The position numbers and the translations under genes are program-made. Source: Octopus sinensis (lineage: Eukaryota). Taken from it: DNA of 64,000 bases. The stretch covers positions 70,990,001 through 71,054,000 of the forward strand of contig NC_043002.1 in the NCBI RefSeq assembly GCF_006345805.1, in the 5' to 3' direction. Under the pieces are notes generated by a model. It saw only the letters and a program-made list of their open reading frames with translations. It did not search any database and was not told where the DNA came from. Within the stretch, counting starts at the first letter, position 1, and every line of letters begins with the position of its first letter. Positions 1 to 12,480 of the stretch are shown piece after piece.

Positions 1-95
1 AGAATTCGTGCCAACCAATTTTTTATTGAAGCAATCATTCTAAGTGCATGTTAATACAACTACTGAAGAAAATTGAGTGGGTTATTTTCTTTTTT

Positions 96-301
96 CTTTT
101 ATTCTTTTACTTGTTTCAGTCATTTGACAGCGGCTATGCTGGAGCACCGCCTTTAGTCGAGCAAATCAACCCCAGGACTTATTCTTTGTTCGCCTAGCTT
201 ATTCTATCGGTCTCTTTTGCCGAAACGCTTGTTGTGAGGACGTAAACAGACCACCATCGGTTGTCAAGCGATGTTCACACACACACAGACACACACACAC
301 A

Positions 302-383
<82 letters not shown>

Positions 384-480
384 TACGACGGGCTTCTTTC
401 AGTTTCCTTCTACCAAATCCACTCACAAGTCTTTGGTCGGCCTGAGGCAATAGTAGAAGACACTTACCCAAGGGACTGAG
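96..480 (-). mobile_element. tRNA-derived SINE, family A (CORE-like), 5'-truncated, internal (CA)n(TA)n
   Basis: Reverse complement of the family consensus seen at 4163-4606 and 5474-5857 (TTGGGYAAGTGTCTTCTACTAT ... GAATAAGTCCTGGGGT ... CTGAAACAAGTAAAAGA). Confidence 0.85.
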
Positions 481-970
481 CCCCATTTTATATCTTAATT
501 TTTAGTCCAATCTTCGATCAATGTATTTCAATAATGCTACACGTATTTGATAAAGTGAATGGCCTAAACTATAAATAGTTAAACTCGCACTCATAATGAG
601 GTGGAAAATTATTGTTTGTAAGGATTCCTTGGTTGTAATATTATTGGTTGTAAGGATTCTACTTGTCAATGAGAAACACCAAAAATCCTTCTCAGTGAGA
701 AACAACATAATGATCCCACTTAAGAATTAATTTGTAGTATGTAGAGAGAATGAGCCGAATGTCTGAAATATAAAATGACAATTACGATTTCGTTTCAGTT
801 TTATTTTATATAAATATAGCGATATATATATGAGAATTTGAGTCACCACTTTATGGGCTACTTGATGAAATAGCAACCAGATGTGTAATAGTCAAGTGCG
901 CTATTAATAAATGAGAAATGAGTTATGTTTTATAAGAAATCTTCAAAGTGTAAGTCTTACTTGTACTTAC

Positions 971-1020
971 CATATTTAGATTAAAAAGCTTAGGTGAAGA
1001 CATTTCTCTTAATGTGTTAA
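971..1020 (-). CDS. Candidate 50-nt internal exon of an unidentified host gene
   Basis: Minus strand reads gtttccatttcattatttttag|TTAACAC...AAATATG|gtaagta; open in phase 1 (xNTLREMSSPKLFNLNM). No homology recognised. Confidence 0.25.
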
Positions 1021-2671
1021 CTAAAAATAATGAAATGGAAACTATTTGACAGTAATACCTTCTGCTTCAAAAACATATCGTTAAGTGTAAGCTAACCAGC
1101 ATAATGCAGTGAATTCCAAATCATTTTAAATAATTAGATTTACATTCTTTATACAGAAAAAAATGCTTTCCTTTTAATCATTAATTTTCGTGAAGATACT
1201 ACTCAGAAATCGGTGTATATACTGATTAAAAGGCCGGTAATTGAAACGAACGTTGCTTAAAATGCTTTACATCAGAGTGACACTTGTAAAGAAGCGTAAA
1301 CGTTATGATGAAATTAGATAAGGCATAATTATTATATCATTGTTGTTCATTCGAATTTAAAATAGGGATTCTCTCAATAACTTAGTCTACTCTATTTTTA
1401 ATTCATTATTATATCCTAGCTGGGTGTCAGATCTATTGCAAACTGGTTGATTTTTACGAAGAGCTTTTCACTATTAGGTTGCTACGAATGCCTTGTTAGT
1501 TGGTTTAGGAGCATCGTTCAATCTTTGCAATTATATTAAAAAAGAAAGTAGAAATAATTTCAGACACGTGGTTTAACAGAACTTTATTGCAAATTTTCCC
1601 CAAGCCGTTTCTTCCGTGAACATATAATTTACCTAAACACTATATCAGTAATTATATATTCCCATATATGCTGCCATTTCGAAAGTCAGTAGTTTGTGTG
1701 TTGGCGGAATTTAGAATGTTATTTCTAGAAGATCGATGGTCATTGAAGAGATTGCTCCAGTTTTCCCGAGCGCTTTCCCCTGGTTATTCTCATAGCTTCT
1801 CTGCGTGTGACGGTGAAAAATGATTCCTAGTGGACTCTATCACTGAATGGTCCAGTGCCCTACATGGTGGTGAATATATATTTATGGTTGTTTTCCTATC
1901 AAGTAGCACATAAATTCAATTCGAATTCTCTTCTATTTCCTGACTGTATGTCTGCCCAAGTTGCCCAATCTTTCGAGAAGCTTATACTTCCAAATGTTGA
2001 GTTAAAACCTTGAATTTCATATTTCTCTTTCTATAAACCTAAGCATAATCCTTATCTTAAAGTAATAAAAGAATGCAACGAACACATGCCCTCTAGAACA
2101 ATTGTATTTACTGTACTCCAAAAATGTAAACTCAGGTTTAGGCAGAAACGTAGACCAAGGCAAAACATTTATTTCTTCTGAGATTTTATTATTAACGTGT
2201 ACGTATTCTCATTCTATTATTCTTATTCTCATATTCAAATAAGTTTCATAACGGAATATACTGGTACCAGTTTATAGAGATATAGGGTATCTAAATATTT
2301 ATCCTAATTATTATAAAATGCAGTGAAAGCCTGTTAATAGAAACACCAAAGTGCCACACTGAATACTTTTTGTCTATTACGATCTAACTCATTTATTACA
2401 TTCTGCGATAAAATCACTCCGGTGAAGATATTGTCATTCTTTTGGGTCGATAAAGTAATTACCAGACATGAATACTAAAATTCTTCAATTGATTCCTCCC
2501 TGCCCTTTAAATCTGTGGCCTTGTGCCAATGTAAGGAATCAATATTTCCTTTATGTAATAGCTTGAAACAGCAAAGTGCTGAAATAATTATATTGTAGCA
2601 TTCCATTTCATTGATCGGAATTCTGAGTTCAGTTTCCCTTTAGATACATTTTATAATTCACGTAAAGTAAT

Positions 2672-2695
2672 ATGTGCGTGTGTATGTATGTATAT

Positions 2696-2771
<76 letters not shown>

Positions 2772-2897
2772 GTGTGTATGTGTGTGTGTGTGTACGTGTG
2801 TGTGTGTGTGCGCGCGCGTGTGTACGTGTGTGTGTGTGTGTGTGCATGTATGTATGTATATATATACATATACATATACACATATATTTGTGCGTGT

Positions 2898-2946
<49 letters not shown>

Positions 2947-2973
2947 ATATATATATGTTTGTATATATATCTG

Positions 2974-3010
<37 letters not shown>
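2672..3010. repeat. Compound (TA)n/(TG)n microsatellite
   Basis: Directly visible; explains the YI/CV/HT ORFs here. Confidence 0.95.
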
Positions 3011-3011
<1 letters not shown>

Positions 3012-4162
3012 CGTAATATATATAGCAAAAAGCGTGTGTCTAATAGATTCCAGAGAAAATAACACTGAAAGTATATTGAATTAAAGCAGTTCACAAATAT
3101 TTACAGTAACAATCGATCTATAGCAATCATTGAACATAAAACAGAAACAACAAAATGAAATGGTTTATTGTTTGTAGAAATAAATTAATGAGCCTTGATA
3201 CGTGTTTATTTTAACCATTAGAAACTCCTCGAGATGTGACGAGTTTCGCTTAAATCACATGTTATGCATGATGTACAAGAGTAGGAATAAAAAAAAATCA
3301 TTTCAGAATTTAAGAAAATATTTTTTTAGGTACTAAGAATGCGCAAGTGAAGTTGAGTGAATTTCAAGATTAAATAGCAACAAAAATTACTTTTCCTAGC
3401 GTGAATATCTTAAACAATCTAAGAGTAAGATGGCAACGTGCCTGTTTTTTAATTGAGTAGTTAAGATTTGTTGCCATTATTTCTTCTGGTGAATTATTCC
3501 ACTATTCCGTTCTCACCTTTTAGCTGGTAATCATTTAAATGTCTTCATTAATCCGTGACATAATTTTTAATTAGCCAATGTCAATTTAGTTTTCTACTAA
3601 TTCTCTTATCTATCTTTATCTTTCAAGTCCATTCTTCAAAAATGCCATTAGCATTTATTAATATCTCGCACCTTTAAGGAATACAACAGATATGAGTGTG
3701 GAACTGTCATTAAAACTTTAACAAACGTCTAGAAATGTGTTGGGAGCTGATTAACTTTTATTATATTAATTATGTATAGCGATAATTAATATATTGACAT
3801 GACGACCTTAAATTAGATTTTAATGATAATGTATGCCATTTAGAAATACCATTATCGATACAATGGAATCAAAATGACTGCATCTAAAGTTTCAACTACA
3901 TGTCATTAACAACTGGGAGTTTTTTCACTACTCTATGAACACACTTTTCTGATGATAGGGCCACCTCAGTATTAACAAATAATAATAATTCTTTCTAAAG
4001 CCTGAAATTTTAGGAGAGGAGACTTGTCACTAGCACTGAACCCAGAACTTGACTTTAAGATGCGAAAGAAATGCGGTGAAGCATTTTGTCTCGCGACTTA
4101 ACGATCCAGTCAGGTCGTCGCTTAAAAAAAAATGGATTTTCTGATCCAAATATTGAGAGTTT

Positions 4163-4321
4163 GGGCGTAGAAGTGGCTCTGTAGTATCTTGCTTACCAAC
4201 GTCATGGTTCCGGGTTCAGTCCCACTGCATTGCACCTTGGGCAAGTGTCTTCTACTATAGCCTCGGGCCGAACAAAGCCTTGTGAGTGGATTTGGTAGAC
4301 GGAAACCGAAAGAAGCCCGTC

Positions 4322-4377
<56 letters not shown>

Positions 4378-4606
4378 TTGCGTGTATGTGTATGCTTGTG
4401 TGTCTGCGTTTCTTCCCCCCAACGTCATTTGACCACCGATGCTGCTGTGTTTACGTCACCGCAACTTAGCGGTTCGGCAAAAGAGACCGATAGAATAAGT
4501 ACTAGGCTTACAAAGAATAAGTCCTGGGGTCTATTTGCTCGACTAAAGGCGGTGCTCCAGCTTGGCCACAGTCAAATGACTCAAACAAGTAAAAGAGTAA
4601 AAGAGA
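4163..4606 (+). mobile_element. tRNA-derived SINE family A, near full length
   Basis: A-box-like GTGGCTCTGTAG, B-box-like GGTTCAGTCCC, CORE-like CCTTGGGCAAGTGTCTT, internal (TA)n(TG)n, tail AGTAAAAGAGTAAAAGAG. Confidence 0.9.
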
Positions 4607-4636
4607 GAGAGAGTGAGAGAGAGAGAGAGAGAGTAT

Positions 4637-6150
4637 TATGCAAGGGTATTGAAATGAAATTTGAGGTAAATACGTGTGCAGTTCAAATTATGAAGAGGGG
4701 CCCGAAGATAACATCTGGTGGCATAAATTTACCACAGAATAACATCATTTGGTCACTGTAGAACAATGAGGGATAGAAATACTTTGGGGGTACTACTATA
4801 CGAAGAAATATTGGAAAGAGAACTGATAGAGAACAGATAGAGGATATCTCTGAATAGTAGAAAAGAAGAGTTAGAAATGTGCTCGAAACAAACTTTAATG
4901 GTAGGAATATCATTAAAGAAATAAATACATGGGCTATGCCACAATTAAGACACCTGACTCTCTTTAGCTACATTTTGTCCCTTTTAGGGACAAAGCGAGC
5001 AATAAAATTTGGTTAGAGAAAACAGATAGCTACTCGCAATGTCCAACGCGCACCACCTTAAGAGTAATACCGACAGAATATACCAGGAACGAAAAGAAGG
5101 AAGCTGAGGATTACTAATCACACAGGACACTATTAGTACTGTGAAAGGAAAAAAAAACAACAACAGAAGAAGAAGCAGATGGACAGAAATGGAATTACAT
5201 GGGTAATTTTTGCAGAAAATCGATGACGTTGAAAGCAAAGAACCCGAAACGAGACAGGGGTGTTAATTGTTACCGCCCAGGAACAAGCCATTAGGAAAAG
5301 CTAATAAAGACAAAAGATCAACCAAACTCAGTGAGACAGCAGTAAATGTAGATTCAGCGGGAAAGGCGACAACATCATCAATCAACTCTGGAGTGAATGT
5401 AGTTATCTAACAGAAGAACAGGCGAGTCGCAGACCTGATAGTATAGACAAAAGTGTGCATTGGAATGTTAGCCAAGTAGCTTGCTTACCAACCACATGGT
5501 TCCGAGTTCAATCCCACTGCGTGGTAACTTGGGCAAGTGTTTTCTACTATAGCCTCGGGCCTACCTAAGCCTTGTGAGTGGATTTGGTAGACGGAAATTG
5601 AAAGAAGCCCGTCGTATATATGTATGTATATATATGTTTGTGTGTCTATGTTTGTCCCCCAACATCGCTTGACAACCGATGCTGGTATGTTTATGTCCCC
5701 GCAACATAGCGATTTGGCCAAAGAGACCGATAGAATAAGTACTAGGCTTACAAAGAATAAGTCCTGGGGTCGATTTGCTCGACTAAAGGCCGTGCCCCAG
5801 CATGGTCACAATCAAATGACTGAAACAGGTAAAAGAGTAAAAGAGTAAGAGAGTAAGTGTATGGTTTCGAAATAACAGAATAGTGGTGTGGACAAATGAG
5901 AAATGATTATAAATGACAAAATAAACAGTGTAAGGTCATATACTTTGCAATTCCTTATAACACCAAAGTTAATATAAAAATAGTGCAAAAATCGAGAAAT
6001 ATCAGACCTCGCCAGAATGTTGAAGAGACAGTGGAAGACTACAGCAACCTTGTTGTAATTGATGCATTGTGCACAATACCAAAATTGTTACCGGTAACAT
6101 ACTGGAACAGATTCGCATTTTATACATACAGAAATGTATCATCCTATATT
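4637..6150 (+). mobile_element. Decayed R4/Dong-type RLE non-LTR retrotransposon, 3' part (copy A), interrupted by a SINE
   Basis: Broken frames give GIEMKFEVNTCAVQIMKRG, RVRNVLETNFNGRNIIKEINTWAMP, LIVTAQEQAIR and VVIDALCTIPK, collinear with the RT C-terminus/RLE of the 25.5-28.8 kb element. Confidence 0.8.
5474..5857 (+). mobile_element. SINE family A inserted into R4/Dong copy A
   Basis: High identity to 4163-4606; LINE homology stops near 5473 and resumes near 5858. Confidence 0.9.
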
Positions 6151-6153
6151 CAT

Positions 6154-6287
<134 letters not shown>

Positions 6288-6324
6288 CAATTTTGTTTCA
6301 TTCATTTATAGTTTTGCTTCAGCC

Positions 6325-8155
6325 CAGTAAGTTTCGTCCAGAGTGGCTAGCACAGGTGGAAAGACAACTTGCAGTTTTGCCAAGACAAAACGACCTCAGA
6401 ATCGATCTATATGCAGTGAGATTAAGTTTTACAAAAATAGCAAATTAGAAAGGACGTGGCTTGGATGAAGTACAAAGCTACTGGCTAAACAACTTTACAC
6501 AGTTGCATGAAAGGATCGCTGCTCAACTGGATGAATGCCTACAGCATAGTGACATCCCTACATAGATCATTGAAACGTAACTTGACATCAAATTTTCGGC
6601 CTATAACTTGTTTACCACTTTTGTGGAAGCTTATGACCAGTGTCTTAACGGAAAAGCTATATAATCATCTAGATAGTAAGAAATTACTTCCAGATGACCG
6701 CAAAGATTGCAGAATAAAATGATAATTAGCGAAAATGATAGTTAGAAAGTGTAGATGCAGATTGACGGGACTAAATGTAGCATGATTACATTACAAAAAT
6801 AGCAAATGACATGGTCTCGAAGATTTGGATAAGTAAAACCATAATCATATTTAGAGAGGCAGTAAATATGGAGAAAATGGTTAATGAAAGTATGAAACAT
6901 TGGAATACTAAATTGATTGGAGGAAAATACAGACTTGGGAAAGTGAACATCAGACGTGGGATATTTCAAGATGATAGCTTATCACTATTAATACTACTAT
7001 TTGTATTGGCTATAATATTGCTCGGTTTGATATTGCGTTAAGTTAAAATAGCTTATGATTTCGGAGGAGGATATGGTCAGATGAATCATCTCATTTTTAT
7101 GGGTGATTTAAAAAGTTATGCGAAAAATTAAGAAACAGCTTGCAATCTAATACAAGCTGTACGCATTTCCTCAAATAATGCAAGTATAGAATTTGGGATC
7201 GAAACGTGCGCTTTGTTGAAAATGAAACGAGGAAGATTTGAAGGAAACCAGGAAACTGACATGTCAAATGGACAAACAATGAAAGCAGTTGAGAAAGGAC
7301 AGTGATATGAGTATTTCCGTATACTGAAAAGAGAGGGAATAAGATGTAAAGAAATGAAATAAATTACCAGTAGAGAGCATACAAGGAGAGTGAGAAAATT
7401 ATGGCAGTCAAAGCTGAATGCAAAAAAATGTTATTGGAGCAATAAATAAAAGAGTATTCCTAATTAGGTATGGAGTTTGAATTGTAGAATGGACCAAAAA
7501 CGACATAGAGAAACTTGACAGAAAAAACAAAGTAGAAAGGTATTGACAATGTATGGAACCCACCACCCGAAAGCTGATACCAACGGACTGAACCTGAAGA
7601 GAGACTAGGGAGTAAGAGGCTTAATTGCCGTGGAAGATTGTGTATAAATGAAAATATAAAGCCTGCTAGAACATTTACAGATTAGGACAGAAACACTACG
7701 AAAGACAGTGAATAAGGAACAGGAAAATAAGAGCAGAATGGAAGAAAAAGGACAAAAATGAAATTCAAAGAGGGAAACCTTAGTATGGACAATTTTGGGG
7801 ACACACTGAAGATGTATGTGCAACAAAATCCTGGGCTTGGTTAAAAGAGGACAGTTAAAAACAGTAAAACAGACAACCTTATTCAACTGATAAAAAACAA
7901 ACAAATTGAGGACAAATATACACGGGGAGTATGTGACAGAGAAATGTAGAATTTGTGGAACTTGGAACGAGACAGTGGGTGACATTGTTGCAGAATGTCT
8001 CTAGTTGGCACAGGAAGAATGTAAAAAATGGCGACATGACCAAGTGACAAACGTTTTACAGTGGAAGCTTTGCCAGAAATGGAGATTTTGGAACTGGTAT
8101 GAATATCAGACCGAAAGGGTGCTGGTGCCAGAGAATTGTAGGATTCTGTAAGACT
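6325..8155 (+). mobile_element. Decayed R4/Dong-type RLE retrotransposon (copy B): RT through zinc knuckle
   Basis: Motifs NFRPITCLPLLWKLMTSVL, RRGIFQDDSLS, NHLIFMGDLK (degenerate YMDD), HHPKADT, CRICGTWNETVGDIVAEC, WRHDQV; many stops and frameshifts. Confidence 0.85.
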
Positions 8156-8167
8156 CTCCCAACATTA

Positions 8168-8227
8168 GCAGCGGCGGTAGCAGAGGCGGCAGTGGCAGCA
8201 GCAGCAACGGCAGCAGCAACAGCAGCG

Positions 8228-8303
<76 letters not shown>

Positions 8304-8310
8304 CAGTAGT
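8168..8310. repeat. Compound (GCA/GCG)n-(GTA)n microsatellite
   Basis: Directly visible; source of the poly-A/V/T/Y ORFs. Confidence 0.95.
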
Positions 8311-9403
8311 AAAAAACATCAACACATTCACTGCGTAGCATACATTGCAACGCTCATTTGCTACCGAATCAGTGTTAGTTATCGAAATTGAAAAAGTTCA
8401 ATATTGTTATAGCAAACAAATCCAATGAAAGAGTAACTTATTTAAAATATGACTAAAATATGAGTAACAAGTATTCTAATTTAAAGGAACTAATAGCATA
8501 TATTCCTCACTAAAATCCACGCCTGATATTCTTGTATGACTATGATACTTATATTGATGGCGCCCAAAGGCTATGAGACACTGCCGTATTGGTTATAATT
8601 CCAAAAAAGAAAAGCGCCTTCGCCTGTAGGTATCGTAACGGGAACGGCAGCCCAACCAGACTGCATTGAATACATATCTCTCATAGCAAAGAAGTTGTCT
8701 TTTAGAAGATAAATCAAAACAGAGCTTGAGTAGTAAAATGTTGCTGATTCACAACCGAATTTATCAGTGATTATTAATTTTTAATGGCTGGTTCAACTGG
8801 TTATAGCTTGATAAGAAAAGCGCTGCTGGCACATGAATTACCGTACACACGATACAGATACGCTATCAGACGGTGATGGTGTCAATTATTTTAACCAGAG
8901 CTCACTGAGTTCCGTGACACATTTCCTACTGAGAAAGCAATTATATATCTAATATATTTACCATATTCATAAAACAGACACAGACGCGCGTAAGCATACA
9001 TATGTGTAAGTATATATGGCAATAAGTGTAGGTATTTATCGCTATTCATCTACCTATCCGTCTCTCACTCTCCGTATGTGTGTGAGTGTGTGTGTATATA
9101 TATACACACAAACACAGACACACACACACACACACATATATATGCATGTATATATATATCGTTGTTATAATGTTAAACTGTCTTATGTCCAAGTGTGGCC
9201 AAATGCACTTTGTTTAATATTTATTTTTGCTTGCAATACGTCGGGTTTTGCTCAAACTATTTTATCTCTAGCTGCTTCAGATATCAATATCTCAAAAATT
9301 GTCGAAGTGTAGTACAAAGGTTTTGATATGTAATGGTGAAACTATTTTTTCGTTTTCTAAACATGCAACGTTTTGGACTTACGACACTTTTAAATAATAA
9401 CTT

Positions 9404-9464
<61 letters not shown>

Positions 9465-9476
9465 TATATATATATA

Positions 9477-9762
9477 TTGTATTGTATTGGCATCATTTCT
9501 GTCTCGGGAGACAATGGAGTTGCGCATGGAGTAGTCTAGTCCGGCTTTTATATTTCATGTCCTGATACATTTCCTGCTGTGGCTGTGTAGTCCTATCCTG
9601 GACAAACACTCCCTCTGGCAGGTACCGCAAATGTAGCGAAGACTGTTCCTGGATGGTTGTAGTGCCATAGTCTCTGTTTACGTCTCTTCCTTTCTTTCCA
9701 TTTCTCCTCTCTCTCTCTGTCACTCCTTTGTATTCCCTCTTTTACGGTACGTCGCCATCTCC

Positions 9763-9763
<1 letters not shown>
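9477..9763 (-). mobile_element. RTE-clade LINE 3' end, copy 1
   Basis: Minus strand encodes WRRTVKEGI...YICGTCQRECLSRIGLHSHSRKC (C-terminal C2H2 typical of RTE ORF2), then a short UTR and (AATAC)n tail. Confidence 0.75.
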
Positions 9764-9838
<75 letters not shown>

Positions 9839-9842
<4 letters not shown>

Positions 9843-10126
9843 ATTGTATTGGCATCATTTCTGTCTCGGGAGACAATGGAGTTGCGCATGGAGTAGTCTA
9901 GTCCGGCTTTTATATTTCATGTCCTGATACATTTCCTGCTGTGGCTGTGTAGTCCTATCCTGGACAAACACTCCCTCTGGCAGGTACCGCAAATGTAGCG
10001 AAGACTGTTCCTGGATGGTTGTAGTGCCATAGTCTCTTGTTTACGTCTCTTCCTTTCTTTCCATTTCTCCTCTCTCTCTCTGTCACTCCTTTGTATTCCC
10101 TCTTTTACGGTACGTCGCCATCTCCA
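9839..10126 (-). mobile_element. RTE-clade LINE 3' end, copy 2 (tandem duplicate)
   Basis: Identical to 9477-9763 apart from one apparent 1-nt indel; ORF 9917..10282 shows the intact C2H2 motif. Confidence 0.75.
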
Positions 10127-10321
10127 TATATATATATATATATATATACACATACATACAAACATATATATGTGTATGTGTCTTTCACTATAGTCCTTGG
10201 TTGTCCAGTGTACTGAGAATTGAGTTTCATGGCATCGAGTCACGTCTGTCACACACATGCGCGCACTCACACGTACACACATATGTGTATGTATGCATGT
10301 TTGTATGTATGTATGTATGTG

Positions 10322-10475
10322 CGACTGTGTGGTAAGAAGTTTTGTTCCCTACCACATGGTTCCGAGTTCAGTCCCATTGCGTGGTACATTGGGCAAGTAT
10401 CCTCTACTATAGCCTCAGGCCGATCATAGCCTTGTGAGTGGATATGGTTGGCGGAAACTGAAAGAACCCCGTCAC
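10322..10475 (+). mobile_element. SINE family A, 5' half only
   Basis: tRNA-like head and CORE-like segment, ending at a (TCTA)n run. Confidence 0.8.
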
Positions 10476-10477
10476 AG

Positions 10478-10499
10478 CTATCTATCTATGTATCTATCA

Positions 10500-10583
<84 letters not shown>

Positions 10584-10585
10584 CT
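10478..10585. repeat. (TCTA)n microsatellite
   Basis: Directly visible. Confidence 0.95.
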
Positions 10586-10885
10586 ATATATATATATATA
10601 TAACTGATAATTTATGTCTGTCTGGTTGTGTTTCTCTATGTGTACATAACAAAAACTCGAGAGCTATCCAACCGATTTCATTCAAGTTTTAGACATGCAT
10701 TACTTATTGTCCACGGAGTGTCATGGACCATAAAAATGTTCAACTTCTTGCCTAATGCGAGCCGGGAGCAATCTCATAGACTGTTTCGCTATTACGTGTC
10801 AAAAGTTAAACAACATCTCTATTGTAATGTGATATGCTAGTTTCACTTTTATATGGTTTCACGTTCAATAGTTTCTCTTTTAATA
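10581..10885 (+). mobile_element. Helitron 5' terminal fragment
   Basis: TCTCTATATATA... start, then TGTCTGTCTG and CCAACCGATTTCATTCAA, like the other Helitron 5' ends in the window; no 3' hairpin/CTAG identified. Confidence 0.5.
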
Positions 10886-10889
10886 ATTT

Positions 10890-11270
10890 CATTACCTCCG
10901 CCAAGGAAGGTTATGTTTTCATCGGCGTTGGTTTGTCCGTCTGTGTGAAAAATAACTAAAACTGTTGTGAATGATATTTGATGAAATGTGCAAGGAAATG
11001 TTGATAAAGACACGAGGGACAGATGATGAAACCTTGGTAGTGACCCGGGAATTTTTATGGATTTATGAAGGATTTTTCTTTTGTAATATTGACTTTACAC
11101 GAAGTATTACAATGTTACGCTCTTTGATTACCTCCCTTGAAAAAACGTTCATCGTTTCTAAGTAGCCTATGGTGGAGTTAATGTTTCTAAAGTTTATTTT
11201 CGTTTCTCTATTAGTAATTTTTCTTGCGTATCTATCTTAAAGTGAGCTGCTTGGCAAAAGTCTGCGGAGG
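10890..11270 (+). mobile_element. Non-autonomous Helentron (HINE/DINE-like)
   Basis: Starts TTACCTCCGCCAAGGAAGGTTATGTTTTC, has GTCCGTCTGT repeats and a degenerate distal subterminal IR (TTGGCAAAAG/GCGGAGG); a second partial 5' end occurs near 11355. Confidence 0.55.
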
Positions 11271-11573
11271 ATGACATGGCAAGCCTTGACTATTGGGATG
11301 ATTCCTGTTTTTAATGGATTTTTAAAAAATCATATGGCTGAGTCATTTCGTTTTTTTTACCCCCGCGAAGGAGGTTATGTTTTTGCCGACGTTGGTTTGG
11401 GAAATTGGGAGATTTTCAACATGCGTGTATATGGATGGAAATGAGCTGCTTGCTTTTTTTTAGTTTCACTATTCATATATATAAATGTTTGTATGTATAT
11501 TAATAGATACGCTTTTAATAGTTTCATTTCTATTAGTTTAGCTATGTATACATATACATGTTTGTATATATGT

Positions 11574-11652
<79 letters not shown>

Positions 11653-11890
11653 AGAGAGAGTGAAAGAGAGAGAGAGAGAGGTTATTGGTGTCAATAAGAC
11701 CCAAAGGTGTCATGTAATGCTGAGTAAGTGCTATGGATAGACGATAGTTAAGCTCCACGTTCGGTGATTATGCGAATAAGGAGTCCAACGTAGGTCATAT
11801 ATCAGCATGCGTATATATATATAAAAAAGAATTCAGAATGAGATAAAAAAACTAAGGCTGTGAAGATTTTAGAACATTTATAAATAGAAT

Positions 11891-11938
11891 GTCTTACAAC
11901 TGTTTCCAGGATATATATTATATCCTTTCATCGGAGAC
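11891..11938 (-). ncRNA. Degenerate type I hammerhead ribozyme
   Basis: Minus strand GTCT-CCGATGA-A-AGGATATA(ATA)TATATCCT-G-GAAAC-AGTT-GTA-AGAC: stem I GTCT/AGAC, core CUGAnGA with U4C, 8-bp stem II, GAAA, minimal stem III, GUA cleavage triplet. Confidence 0.6.
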
Positions 11939-12220
11939 GGTGTGGGAAAGTGGTTATGCAATAGTTAATTTAGATAAGATACGAAACAGAGAGGGAAGTG
12001 GAGGAATGAAAATAGATGTGAGATATGCAGGGATATTACGTTTCTAGAACCCTTATTTAGACACAATGGTATACATATAAGATTCCAATACCTTGTGAGT
12101 AAAATCCAATAGTATTTAAAATTGGTCATTCCAAATATACTGCTTGTACACAGTGCTTTTGAATCAAGGGTTTTATTTAAAGTGATCTAAAAGTAGGGAA
12201 TGTATTTGTATGGTCAAATC

Positions 12221-12480
12221 GAAAACAGGAAGAGAGGAATAAAGAAAAGAGAAGAAAAAAGAAGAAAAAACAGGAAGAGAGGAATAAAGAAAAGAGAAGA
12301 AAAAAGAAGAAAAAACAGGAAGAGAGGAATAAAGATAAGAGAAGAAAAAAGAAAAAAACAGGAAGAGAGGAATAAAGAAAAGAGAAGAAAAAAGAAAAAA
12401 ACAGGAAGAGAGGAATAAAGAAAAGAGAAGAAAAAAGAAGAAAATAACAGGAAGAGAGGAATAAAGAAAAGAAAGAAAAA
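12221..12480. repeat. About 44-bp purine-rich minisatellite, roughly 6 copies
   Basis: Unit AAAAACAGGAAGAGAGGAATAAAGAAAAGAGAAGAAAAAAGAAG. Confidence 0.9.

Noticed and set aside
12200-12418. K/R/E-rich basic ORF
   Set aside because: Translation of the 44-bp purine minisatellite.
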